A stretch of 64,000 nt of DNA, from NCBI RefSeq assembly GCF_009914755.1, contig NC_060937.1, one strand, 5' to 3'. The position numbers and the translations under genes were made by a program. The DNA is from the human T2T-CHM13v2.0 reference genome, Homo sapiens. The notes beneath the pieces are model-generated. The model searched no databases, was not told the origin of the DNA, and was given only the letters and a program-made list of their open reading frames with translations. Below are positions 15,150 through 28,310 of the stretch, piece after piece (positions within the stretch are counted from its first letter, which is position 1; each line of letters begins with the position of its first letter).

Positions 15150-16760
15150 CCCCCTTAAGTTGCCTCACAATCTATCTGCCTGACTTCTAGACAAATAACT
15201 TCAAAGAGTTGTCTATAGAAGGTTTCTAGTTTTCTTTTTCATTTCTCATTATTCCCTTTCATTTCTTTCTCCCTGCCTCCCTTCCCTTTTTCGGTTTTGT
15301 TTTTGCTTTTCGAAGGAGGGCCAATTTAAAAACAAAATGAAAAAAGCACATCCATTACTATCTGAAGGCACTGGCTACTACGAATCCCTTTTCTTTGTGC
15401 AGCCCTTTTGGCTTTTTGCAAGACCTCCCTATGTACCATCTCACCCGTTTCTTATGATATTGTTCAACCTTTAACCCACTGACCTGCCTTCTATCCCCAC
15501 AGCTCCCCCAGAACGGCCCTTGTGAAGGTCACCAATGAACCCGGCCCCCATTGCAGTCTTTTAACTTTGCCCCTCAGAAGAAATCAATCATGCCAGCTAC
15601 TACTTGGCTGAATATGTGACTTGGATCCCGTAACGTTGCACACTTCTCTTTTTCTTCTAATTTTCTGACTACTCATTTCCTCTCAACCCCCTTTGCTGGC
15701 TTATCACCTTCTTCCTAAACTATAACTGCTGGAAGTTTTCAAAGCCTACTGCTGTTCCCTCTATTCTCTTTATGCCATTTCCCTCATGCCCATGGTGCCA
15801 GTCATGCTGATGAACACAGATCTCTCTGGATGTGATTATCACTGGCCCACCCATCTCTTACTCCAGACCCATATATCCCTGTGTCTACTCAATATCACCA
15901 CTTAAGATATCCCACAGGAGCTCCAACCCGGGAAGTACCAATCTGAGTGCATGATTTCTCCCTCTATTTGTTCCTCCTGTGTTTCTCACTTCATAAACCC
16001 ATTTACCCAGTTGCTTAAGCTAGAAACTTGGCATTCATCTTGATTCTCTCTCTCTCACTCCCCTGTCATCTAATCCATCACAAAATCCTAAGGCTTCTAC
16101 CACAAAAGCTTATTCCAATTTGTCCTTATCTCTCCAACTTCACTATCATGCCCCAAGTCAAAGCCCTACTCACCTGGGACCTGGACATGTGTGGCCTCTT
16201 AACTGATTCTCTTGCTTCTATTCCTACCCCACTTCCCAAATCCATTCTCTTTTAACATTAAATTCAATCATAGAATCCCTCTGTTTCAGGGAATGAATAA
16301 ATAAATCACCTTCAATCAATTAATTTTAGAATTAAGATCAAACCCTTTCCCAGGACCTGCAGGGCCTCTAACAACCACTTTGAGCTCTTCACATAACCAG
16401 TTCCACCTCAACCACCAAGCTGGTTGTCCAGGACTTCTCCAAGCGAGTCAAGCTCCTTCTGCCTCTGGGGTCCTCTTCTATGCTCTTCCTTCTCCACTTT
16501 CCAGAGCTGGCTCCTTCTCATACCTCAGAATCTCGTTTAAATTTAGTCTCCACAAAGACACTGTTCGTGGTTACCTGAAGATTCATGGTAAGTTCCCCCT
16601 TATGGTCTATTATTGCAGCATTGTATTATTTCCTTTATAGTAATCATTACCATTTCTAATGATACGTTCATCAATCAGTTTACTTGTTTACTACCTGTCT
16701 CCACAATCAGAATATGAGCTCCATGACAGCAGGAATAACTTTAGGTATTCACAATAAAAC
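15150..16760 (+). mobile_element. Decayed L2 element, ORF2 3' part and 3' end
   Basis: Pyrimidine-rich L2 motifs (CAAGTTGCTTAAGCTAGAAACTTGGCATTCATCTTGATTC-like) and a terminal AGAATATGAGCTCCATGACAGCAGG. Confidence 0.7.
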
Positions 16761-16824
16761 ATGGTTAATAAATATGGGAGTGAAGGAGGGATACTACTAA
16801 ACTATGACATTAAAACTAGTATGA

Positions 16825-17118
<294 letters not shown>

Positions 17119-17974
17119 GGAGGGGGAATGTAATATTAATTCAAACACCCATTTTTTTTCTTGAGAATAAAATTTTAGTTTCAATATTTTCTATATATTT
17201 TGGTTTCATGTTTACAAACACATTTAAAATCATTAATATGTTTTTCTTTAAAAGCTACTGATTTCCTTATGAATTTGTTTTTTTCATTCAAAGTGTAAAA
17301 TGAATGACTCTCATTAGATGTGTTTTGAAGAAATATCTTTGCTGTGTTCTTTTCTCTGTGTTCAGCCACGAGAAATTGGTGTGAGGCTGCTGGAGTGGGA
17401 TGGGTCCCTATCCTGACAATTATAAGTCAGTATAAAAAAGTCTGAGGCAAAAGCAGGCATAGCTCTGTGGGCATTTCTGATATTTTACATTAGTCATTAG
17501 AAATAATTCATATAAAAAAGGAAGATGACCAATAATAAGAGAAAATAATGTGAAGCATTGTATTTTTTAATTGCTGCTTGAAGAGAGTTCATTTTCAGCC
17601 AAAACACAATAGTACTTTGCTCCTTTGGCTAGAAGTACAAGTGATTCCAAGAAACTTAAGTATTCTCAGAGCTACCTGCTATGGGTATTTAGGCCTAAGT
17701 CCTGATAAAAGGTAATCACAAGCTTTTAAGAAAGGTATTTTTTAATTTCTTCTTTTCAAATTGGAAAGAAAGTGGGCAAATGGTTTGTAGTGTTCTAATA
17801 AAATAGATTAGATAAAAGGGGCAAGAAATCACAGGCTGAAGTTTTTTTATTCAATACATATTTATTGAATATCAATGCATAACAAGAATGGTTCCAGGAG
17901 GCATAAGAAACACAAAGATGAATAAAATATAGTTCTTCCCATTAAGAGGCTCATCATTAGGCAGAACATACAGA

Positions 17975-18040
17975 TTAGATAGATGGATGGATGGATGGAC
18001 TAACGACAGGTGGGTGGATGGATGGATGGATGGATGGGTG
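17975..18040. repeat. (TGGA)n/(TAGA)n microsatellite
   Basis: GATGGATGGATGG runs. Confidence 0.85.
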
Positions 18041-18207
18041 AAAGGACAAATAGATACAGCATAAAGAGAGGATGAATGATTAAGCATGGTCTTCTAGCAC
18101 AAAGAAAGTTACAAGAATTATACATGAAACAAGGAATAATTGAGACTCTATGAATGTAAAGAAATGAATGTAGTTCATTAATTTGATCCATATCTCAGTT
18201 GCCTTAC

Positions 18208-18610
18208 TGATATGGTTTGGATGTGTGTCCCCTCCAAATCTCATGTCGAAATATGATCTCCAGTGTTGGAGGTGGGGCCTGGTGGGAGGTGTTTGGGTCA
18301 TGGGAGTTGATCCCTCATGGATAGCCCCTTCCTGTGGTAATGAATGAGTTCTCACTGTTATTCACAGGAGAGTTGGTTGTTTAAAAGATCTTGGCACCAC
18401 CTCCTCTCTCTCTTGTTCCCTCTCTTGCTATGTGGGCATACCTACTGCTTTCTACCATGATTGTAAGCTTCCTGAGACCTCATCACAAGCCTAGAAGATG
18501 CAGGTGCTGTGCTTGTATAGCCTGAAGAACTGAGACAAATGAACATCTTTTCTTTATAAACTGCCTAGTCTCAGGGATTCTTTTACAGCAATACATAATG
18601 AACTAATACA
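18208..18610 (+). mobile_element. MSTB-like MaLR solo LTR
   Basis: TGATATGGTTTGGATGTGTGTCCCCTCCAAATCTCATG start and AACTAATACA end. Confidence 0.88.
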
Positions 18611-18943
18611 CTTGTGCAATATCAATAGGCTTTTCCTTTAATATCTACAAAATTCTTACAGAGAATGAATGAAAAATGAAGTCTCCTCTTGAACAGCCCA
18701 AGGTTAGGCTGCTCCTGTATGACTAGCCAATTTCATTGAGTGAAAATTCAATGGCATCCCGAACTTGGCATGTTCTTCATTAGGCAAGGAAAGGAATAAG
18801 CAAGAGTGCCTGGAGTATTTCTCTCAAATCTATCAAAAGCAGAGAAACCAGTCAAGACACACTGTTCTGTAGAACTAAACAAGATAATCTCCAGACCTCT
18901 GTCTCCTTGTCCATAATATGAAAGTGCTGTGGCAGCCAATGAT

Positions 18944-19308
18944 GAGCAGCAGCCATGGCTCTGCATTACTCCGGGGCCCTGGGCCTCAAACAAGGGCCAC
19001 GAGGTGACCAAGAACACAAGCAAGCCGAGGCATAGCCGCTGGCACGAACATCCCACCAAGCACACCAAGTTCATGGGAGATGTGATCTGAGAGGTATGTG
19101 GCTTTGCCCCACGCAACATGCCATGGAGCTGCCACAGGTCTCCAAAGACAAACAGGCCCTCAAATTCATCAAGAAAAGGCCAAGGAGGAGGAAGAGAGAG
19201 GAGCTGAGCAACATTCTGGTCATGGCTTCCATGAGGAAAGTGGCTGCCAAGAAGGACGAATTCCTCCCCTCCCCACATAATAAAACCTTTACAGGAAAAA
19301 AAAAAAAA
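18944..19308 (+). pseudogene. Processed pseudogene of ribosomal protein L36, antisense to ENOX1
   Basis: GAGCAGCAGCCATGGCT start (ATG 18955). Segments translate as [56 protein letters not shown] and MRKVAAKKD. Intronless, with frameshifts and a stop, AATAAA at 19279 and poly(A) at 19296-19308. Confidence 0.93.
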
Positions 19309-19418
19309 TGCAAGGGCTGGACCAGATCAGTGTTAGCAGAAAGATTAGCAGATAGATTTCTTCACATATGAATTGGTGTTGGCTCCTTGGAGTGCTATGT
19401 TGCAATGGAAGCACACAT

Positions 19419-19637
19419 TCTACCTCAGTAGCAAGAAGGCCCTCTGATGGACTAGCAACATCTGCCATGAGCATGGGAATAGCGTGACACATTCACTACT
19501 GTGGGGCAGATCACTAAGGTTTAACATTTAAACCTTAATCTACCTCAGTAGCAAGAAGGCCCTCTGATGGACTAGCAACATCTGCCATGAGCATGGGAAT
19601 AGCGTGACACATTCACTACTGTGGGGCAGATCACTAA
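19419..19637. repeat. Perfect 99-bp direct duplication with a 21-bp spacer
   Basis: 19419-19517 is identical to 19539-19637. Confidence 0.97.
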
Positions 19638-19662
19638 CATTTAAATGAAATGTTATCTCCAG

Positions 19663-19966
19663 GGCCGGGTGCAGTGGCTCACACCTATAATCCTGGAACT
19701 TTGGGAGGCCAAGGCGGGCAGACCACTTAAGCTCAGGAGTTCAAGACCAGCCTGGCAACATGGTGGAACCCCATCTCTACTAAAAATATAAAAATTAGTC
19801 AAGTGTGGTCGTGTGTGTTTGTAGTCCCAGTTACTCAGGAGACTGAGGTAGGAGGATCACTTGGATAGCTTGAGCCTGGGAGGTCAAGACTGCAGTGAGC
19901 CGAGATTGCACCACTGCACTCCAGCCTGGGCACCAGAGTAAGACTTTGCCTCCAAACAAAACAAAA
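19663..19966 (+). mobile_element. AluJ element
   Basis: GGAGGATCACTT...GAGCCTGGGAGGTCAAGACTGCAGTGAG AluJ diagnostics. Confidence 0.9.
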
Positions 19967-20812
19967 CCAGCGTGAGATATTATTATCTAAAGTCCTTTCA
20001 AACTCTCAAATCTTATGATTTCCACTAACATTGAGTTGGTGTGATTATCTTCCTATATAGTGGACAACATATCACAATAAATTCTTAATTATCCATACTT
20101 TCGTTATTTTTGCCCCAATGTTGCTTTCATTCTCATGAATGTGATCCGAAGAAACACAGCCTTATCCACAAGCATGGAGCCCAGCAGGAAGCTGTTTAAA
20201 GCAGAATACTTCGTTTACTCATTCAAAGAAGCCCATGCCACGTAGGCTGCGATGGGCTCAGGAATAGCAAGAGGTTTGCCAAGGTGATGCAGGTGAGAAA
20301 ATACGCATTTCTTGTTCTTTCCTGCTCATATTTCCACAAAGTTTCTTTACAGAACTGTAAATTCAGAAATCAGATAGAGCCATGATGAAAACAATTACAA
20401 ATAAAAACAAACGATGGCCACTTATTTGAGATTTCAGATAGCATGTACCCCGGTTACCTCTTACTGATAAGAAAATCTCTACTTGTGCTGCTCTTTTCCA
20501 AAGATTGCTTGAACTGAGACCATCTAATCGCTAGCATCTAAATTACTATTCATTTTCGTGTTTATCCTCCGGTACTGGTTACTCAGCAGATGTCACTGCT
20601 ACGTCAAAAGCCCGGAAACTGGCAGGAGAATGTCCTTCCTTTTCTTGCTCCTTGTTTCTTCAAAGTCTAGCAAGATTTGAGTTCCTTACAATGATTCTCC
20701 TGCATCACTCACATGGCTGTATGTGTGACTGACTCGGTAGGAGCTCTCTGCATCCATTAAAGACCAGATATACAAACAAACAACATCATCTCCACCAAAA
20801 AGATTACCTTAA

Positions 20813-21118
<306 letters not shown>

Positions 21119-22244
21119 TAACCACAGGAGATACTCTTCCTGTGGTTCCTGTCAAAAGTTACCATGTTGCTTTATTCCTTCCAGATATTAACCAGATGTT
21201 AGTCATTTTAGCATTGTGCATATTAATGTCTTATGTTCTTGATTTTTAAGATTTTCCCTCTAAGTCTTAGAAAGTCAGAGCTTTAAGGGAGCCTGAATAC
21301 CTGCCTTTGACAGCTAGGCACCACAAGGGCCTCGAAATCTGTGCAACTTGCCCATGGCCACTTTGCCACCGTGTGATAGAGCAGGGTAGGAGCAATACCA
21401 CCTCTCCAGGGCCCATGGCCCTGTGCTTTCCTCTTGCCATACTGAGTGGCTTTTCCTGCACTTTCATGCCCTTCCCAGTCTTCTCCGGTGGGTGAGGCCT
21501 GCGGCACACTGGGCTCTTCTGGTGCCCCTGCAGAATCTCTGGCATGCCCCTCTCTTGGCGAAGCCCCAGCAAGGATGACATAGAAAATTCAGACAAGGAT
21601 GAAATCATCGTTTTCCTCTATTATTTTTCTAAATTGCCTTTTTCCTACCCATGACTAGGCAGTATTTCCTCACAGCTGGGGATGAACAAATTCAAAAAGA
21701 TGTTCTCAAATACATGGTTTCCAAGAGAGGCCACTAAGTGTTGAAAGTATAAAATGAACATTTTTGAGTGATTGCACAGTTCATGAAAATGTCTCTGGTT
21801 AGAACCTCATCAGCAGTGATTCACTCTGTGCATAGGGTCCCCATGGAGACTGGAGTCACCTCACATTAGGGTATTGAGGCTCATTTTTCCTGCTGAGATG
21901 GAATAAATGGCTAGGATGCATTAACTGATGGCGGTCACAATGGTCCCATCCAGTGAAGTGAGGAATATTTCTTTAAAGATGCCCTTGTGGTCAGAAAGAC
22001 TTACTGAACTTTAAGACTACCATATTTCTCCTTCCCTTTAAAGAAAAAGAGTACTTTTGCCCTATAGGCATAAACATTCAGAAGTAAAGCCTCAAGGTCA
22101 AAATTATATCTTCTATGATAGATAGCAAGATAATGTCCCTGTTAAAGAGGAAAATATAGTTTATTACAGTTCAATCATGTTTTTCTTGATGCCCAAAACA
22201 TCTTTTTCAAGATAATAACCAATTAAATGAGATTATATACTGTG

Positions 22245-22602
22245 TGTCTTAGTCTATGGGGAGCTTCTGTAACAAATACTACAGACTAGGTAGCTTATAA
22301 ACAACAGAAGCTTATGTTTTGGAGGCTAAGAAGTCCAAGACCAAGGCACTTGGAAGATGTGCCATCTGGTGAGGACCCACTTTCTGGTTCAAAGACAGCC
22401 TCTTCTCATTTCGTCTTTACATGGTGGAAGCAGTGAGGGGGCTCTCTTGGGTCTCATTTAAAAGGGCACTGATCTCACTCATGAAGGCTCTGCCTTTATG
22501 ACTTAATTACCACCCAAAGTCCCCATGTCCTAATATCATCACCTTGGGGGTTAGGATTTCAACATATGAATTTGGGGGTATGCAAACATTCAGACCACAG
22601 CA
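22245..22602 (-). mobile_element. MLT1A-like MaLR solo LTR
   Basis: TGTCTTAGTC...AACAAATACTACAGACTAGG...TTCAACATATGAATTTGGGGG...ATTCAGACCACAGCA, flanks CTGTG/CAGTG. Confidence 0.85.
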
Positions 22603-22952
22603 CAGTGCTGGAGCATAGCAGATACTCAATACACGAGTTTTAATTTGTATATGCAACTATGTTTTAGGTACTTTACAGCTCAGCTACTTTTATTTAAAAA
22701 TTTTTCAGTTTTAAAACTGCATCGTAAGTAAGACCACAGAAATGTAGCATCAGACAAGCTTCCCTACCCATTCCAAGGCCAAATGAGGATTTTTTTGTTT
22801 GTTTCTCCACCAGCCAAGAACCTGGGGTGCTTCAGGGACTCAAACTTTAGTTGCAGTTTCCAGGCCTCATGGTTTAGAAGGTCTAAAATAGGCCCAGAAA
22901 TCTACTTTCCAGAGGATGCTGAAACAGATGACCTGCAGCAAATACTCTAATG

Positions 22953-23755
22953 TAATTGACTCTTGAAGAACATGTGTTTGAATTTTGAAGGTCCACTTAT
23001 CACCAATTTTCTTCAATAAAAGTTATACTAAGTATGCCTGCCTCTCCTGCCTCCCCTTCCATCTCCTTCATTTCTTCCACCTCTGACACCCCTGAGACAG
23101 CAAGATCAACTTTGCCTTTTCCTCCTCCTCCCAGCCTACCCAACGTGAAGACGAGGAGCATGGAGACCTTTATGATGATCCACTTCTGCTTGATGAATAG
23201 TAAATGTATTTTCCCTTATCATTTCTTCTTCTTTTTTTTTTTTTTGAGACAGGGTCTCTGTCACCCAGGCTGGAGTACACTAGCACGATCATGGTTCACT
23301 GTAGCCTCAATCTCCCAGGCTCAAGTGATTCACCTGCCTCAGCCTCCTGAGTAGCTGGGACTACAGGTGCATGCCACCATGCCCCCACTAATTTTTTTTT
23401 TCAGAGGTAGGTTTTACCACCATGTTGGTTAGACTGATTTCAAACTCCTGGACTCAAGCAATCCACCTGTCTCGGCCTCCCAAAGTGCTGGGATTGTAGG
23501 CACTGGGCCCAGCCCCTTCCTTATCATTTCTTAATAACATTTATTTTTCTTCTAGCTTACTTTACTGTGAGAATATAGCATATAATACACATAAATATAA
23601 AATATATGTTAATCAACTGTTTACGCTATTATAAGGCTTTTGGATAACATCAGGCTACTGGTAGTTAAGTCTTGGGGGAGTCAAAACTTATATGTAAGTT
23701 TTTTACTGTGTGGGGGTGAGCAGCTCTAATCCTGGCTTTGTCCAAGGGTCAGCTA
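22953..23755. mobile_element. Tigger2-derived (MER28-like) non-autonomous DNA transposon interrupted by an Alu
   Basis: Degenerate terminal inverted repeats TAATTGACTCTTGAAGAACA ... TGTCCAAGGGTCAGCTA and internal GACCTTTATGATGATCCACTTC. Confidence 0.82.
23230..23514 (-). mobile_element. AluJ nested in the Tigger2 element
   Basis: AluJ diagnostics, with CCTTATCATTTCTT duplicated on both sides. Confidence 0.9.
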
Positions 23756-24049
23756 TAGTGTCACAGAGCTATGATTTGTGGGTGTGCATTGGGTACATGT
23801 GGGTGCTTCCACATGGCTTGCAGAGAATGGTTGTCACTTCTCCTCCAATAGGAGATGTCAGGACAAGGGGATCATTTTCTACAGGGGCCAAGTCTTCTCT
23901 TTTCATTCCCTTAAAATAGAAAGTCATCCAAGGTCACTCTTCTCCCCTTCCCCGTGCCTTCCTAAACTGCTCTCCAATGAGGGTAACACAAACTAACACA
24001 TTTGATTCCTATAATATGTACCACACTTCACCGATTCTAGAAAAGGTAA

Positions 24050-24185
24050 CAATTCTCTGATGATGATTATTCCCTCCTTCTTTACAGACAAACTCAGAGA
24101 AGTTAACTAACTTGCCCAAGTTTACGCAGCTAAGGGAACAAGCCTGGATTCAAACCTAAGACCTCAGGCTCTAAAGCCACCATCT
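24050..24185 (-). mobile_element. MIR fragment
   Basis: CTCAGAGAAGTTAACTAACTTGCCCAAG...GGATTCAAACCTAAG. Confidence 0.7.
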
Positions 24186-25349
24186 GTCTCTTGCAGAGAC
24201 AGTTCCTCAATGTTGAAGGAAAAATTTTTTCTCCTGAAAGACCACAGAAAGGATCCCCACATACTGCTGTAATAGGCTAACGCCCCTCTGTCCTTGCACT
24301 TTCCCATCTTTCCAACCCTCTGCTTGCCATCCTCAGCTCTGCCCATCCAGCCACCCCTCCACTTTCTTGCCTCATCAGCCCACCCCTTTTTTCATGGCTC
24401 CACTGCCACTCTTGTAGGAGTGTGTAGTCCAGCTCTGAAATTACTCTCCTGAAAATGCTCATGCCTTCTTTGTGCCCTTGTCCTTTCATTCTCACCACCT
24501 GTTAAAATCCAACCTTGGATAAACCCACAGAGAACTTCCTTCTCTGTGCCTGCCTACTGGGAGGACACAACAGTGCTGGAGAAAACCACGCAGGGCTCTC
24601 AAAGAGTGTCCAGACATTTTACCATATTTTTCTGGTCAGCTTCCTGTCTCTCCCCCAGTGAAACCTTCAAGGGTTCTCCCTTCTCTTCCAACCTTCCATT
24701 CCTCATCAGCCCACTTATCCTCAGCAGATGCCTGTCCTTTTCTGAGAAATGGAATCCATTAGCCAGGAACTCCCTCCACCTGAGTTACCAAATCAGCAAT
24801 CCCACCTGCTCTGCATTCTGGACTTCCCATGCAGGATGTACATAGGTTGACTCAAGTCCATCTCATTTGTGTTAAACTTTAAAAATTCCAAGTTTCTGTT
24901 TTCTTTGAGAGAGTGTTACTTGCTTTCAGACTGCAATGTATATATTCTCTCCCATACTGATGATCACTTTTTGGTTATTGTCATAAACCTGAGTGCATGA
25001 CCACCATAGTGTTATTCATAGAAGTCTACTTGATGTTACTAAGTTGTTCCTGGTTCAACTTTAGTACAATATCTAGATCACAGGACCCAGGTTCGAAAAT
25101 GGAAATCTGCAGCATTCAAGGACAACAAAAAGTGATGTGCATAATAATTACATAATTGAAATCTTTAAATTTCAATGTAATACAAATAAATCTCTATGAT
25201 TCTCCCCTACCCCCACCACTAATGATGTCTTTCCACCCAAGGTATTTATTTTTAAAAACAAAAGTGTAAAGATAGAGCTGGCCTTAGGCAAAAAACGTAG
25301 GAGACTTTGCTTTAATCATTTGCCCCCAAATCCTAATACAGTAGAAACA

Positions 25350-25560
25350 CTTTAGGCAGATAGACCTGGTTATCAATTCCAGCACTGTTTCCTTCCAGCT
25401 GAGTAACCTTGGGTGAGTTAACTCACATCACCTAAACTCAGTTCCCTCATCTATAAAATGGGGTTAATAATATTTAGCTAGCAGAGGATTCAATGATGCA
25501 AGATATTAGAGTATTTGGCACATATTAGGTGCCAAATAATTATAGGTTTTATTATTATTC
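25350..25560 (+). mobile_element. MIR SINE
   Basis: AACCTTGGGTGAGTTA...CTCAGTTCCCTCATCTATAAAATGGGG core. Confidence 0.8.
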
Positions 25561-25664
25561 TTTTTAGTGTTCCTAGTAAAGTCACTCATATCATAGCCCC
25601 AGATCTTTAACTTCTTATATCCCTAGGCAATACATACATTCACTTTAAAAAGACTTTGTCTGTA

Positions 25665-26650
25665 AACTTCTGCTTCCAGCCACCAGAAAGTAACAAGGAT
25701 AGAATTTATTCTCCTACTTTAAACAACTCAAAAATCAAACAAAATATATGAAATGACGGTTTTCAGATACTGTACAACAAAAAGTACAGGATAGTGATCA
25801 TTGAGAGACGGGAAATAAATGAAGTGAAACTTATGATAGTCCCAGCCACTGTCTAGAAGGTTTCCAGGGCTTAATGCAAGGAAGAGAAACCAGAACAGAG
25901 CCTGAGGTCTGTCTGAATTAGACATCTGGGGAAACCAATGCCCCTGGAAATTTCAGGGCAGAGTACAAGAGAGGAAGGAGCCAATCAGAGAGAGAGAGCT
26001 TTGGAGATCTTCAGAGGTCCCCTCAGAGTCTGTGGCTGCATGTTGATTAGGAGAGACGGAGAGGGAAGTGCAAAGGCTGGGGCAAAAGCCACAGATGGAA
26101 CCTTTCTGAAGCTCACAAAGGACAGGGAGTAGCTCAAGTTCTCGAGATCCAGAGAGAAGCAACCTCGCAATATGCCAGGAAAGAGTTCCCAGAAGTGTTT
26201 TGCCTCAGAAACCGGATGAAATTATCTCCAGTCTAAAGGCTGCTTAGATCCATTAACCCAAGTATAAAATCAAAGCCTTGAGAGAATCAAACTGTTTCCA
26301 AGGAACTTGACTGCATCTCAAAACAAACAAACAAACAAACAAAAACTTAAAAATATTTTAAAGAAGACAAAAAAGGAAAGAAAAAAAAATCCAGCACCTG
26401 ACAACATAAAATTCACAACGTCTGGCAACCAATAATAAATTAGTAGGCATGCAAAGAAACAGAAAAATAAGACCTATCATAAAGATAAAAATCAATCAAG
26501 ACAGAGATTCAGAAATGTCACAGATAATAGAATCAGTAGATAAGCACACTAAAACAGCTATTATAAATATACTCCATCTGTGCAAGAAGGTAGATGAAAG
26601 CATAACCATGATAAAGAAAGACAGGGAAGATACATTTTTAAAAAAGAAGG
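25665..26650 (+). mobile_element. L1M 5'-end fragment
   Basis: Clearly similar to 2470-3230 and 3720-3900 (AAACAACT...TATATGAAA...GGTTTTCAGATACTG; AAAATTCACAAYGTCTGG). Confidence 0.75.
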
Positions 26651-27988
26651 AATCTGAAAATATAATGCTCAATTATGAGAAAAATAAATCATGGATGTCA
26701 AATAAGGGGGCTGGAGGTCATAGTTACTCTTCATATCTAACTGATTGAAGACAGAAAATCTATAGTTTAGACAGTCTAAGGACCAAGTATAAAAGTGACT
26801 TTTCCAGGTATTATGCATTTTATGTAATTATTTATATAAATGAACCAAATTACATATTCATTCAACTATATAGTTACCAAGCACCCAGCTTTAATGATAG
26901 AGGAAATACAAAGATGATTAGCTACAGTTCTTTCCCATAGAAGAAGTCCAGCACAGTCTGTTAGACAGATGATAGAATAATTATATTAGCACATAAATGA
27001 CATGTGCTTACAATTCAAGAATGCAGTATGTAACACACTGTAAACTAGAAGGCAGGCTGCAGAATAATAAAAGGAAATAAAAGCAAACAGTGGATCTGGA
27101 GCAGAAGTCCCCTACGCAATTAATCCATAGTTACAAATAAAAGACTTTGACATTAACCCAATGCAAAAATCCAATATACAATAATTCACATGCATGCACA
27201 CACATATATACACACACTTATATCAGTATAGAAACACTCAAACTCATTCTAATATGGGAATTTAATTGTCTGGCTTTTCTTTCTACTCTCTGCTGAATTA
27301 GAATGTCCACTCTGAGCAGAGGATGCATTTCCTAGTGTGGAATGCAAATATTTTCCCTCAGCTTATTGGGCTGTTAAAGATACTGAAGCTTCTCTACTCC
27401 AGAGGAAATCAAGAAAATTAGGGAATGTATGTATTTGTGATATATACACATACAAAAATTATATATTATAGATTATATATTTAATACATGTACATATGTC
27501 AATATGCATGCAATTATTTAAAAATATTTCTCTAGTTTTAGTCTAGTGAGTAAGAATGTGGCCACCATAGTTCTAAAGGCTAATGAGTGGTACATATACC
27601 AGAGTACAACAGAGCAAATAAAGATTAAGCTAATCAAGAGGTGCAAACTGGAATAAAATTTAAATATATATGTATTTGTTGTAGTATACATAGGATGAAA
27701 AAATTTTTATATTAATAATTCAGAAGAGGTCGATCTAATGCTAAGCAAGTAAATTTATCTTATTCATTCCATGGAATAGAAAAGTGACTATATTATATTA
27801 AGCATTTAACAAAAGTTTGTAACATCTCTAGCTAACAAGGATATAGGCTTTTGTCATTTGTGGAGAACAATCTTTGATTTGCTTTAAGTGATGTCAGTTA
27901 CCTTATATAGTACATGGGATAGGCCAAAGCAAATCTTTTTTGGAAACAGATTTTACACATTCTCTTATCTCTAGAAATACTGTAGACA

Positions 27989-28310
27989 GGCTGGGTGCAG
28001 TGGCTCACACCTGTAATCCTACCACTTTGGGAGGCTGAGGCGGGCAGATTGCTTGATCAAGCCCAGGAGTTAGAGCCCAGCCTGGGCAACATGGTGTGAA
28101 TTCCCATCTTTCCTAAACATACAAAAAATTAGCTGGCACACATCTGTGGTCCCAGCTACTCGAGAAGCTGAGGTGGAGAATCACCTGAGCCCGGGAAGTT
28201 GAAGCTGTAGTGAGCTGTGATCAGGCCATTGCACTCTGGCCTGGATGACAGAGTAAAATCTTGTCTCAAAAAAAAAAATAAATAAATAAAAAGAAAGAAA
28301 AAGAAACAAA
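27989..28310 (+). mobile_element. AluJ element
   Basis: TSD AGAAATACTGTAGACA / AGAAATATTGTAGACA. Confidence 0.92.

Noticed and set aside
18748-19278. 176-aa minus-strand ORF
   Set aside because: Mostly the antisense reading of the RPL36 pseudogene.
20140-20760. Repeat-free stretch with a few retained CpGs, a possible enhancer
   Set aside because: Nothing in the sequence alone supports a regulatory call without conservation or chromatin data.
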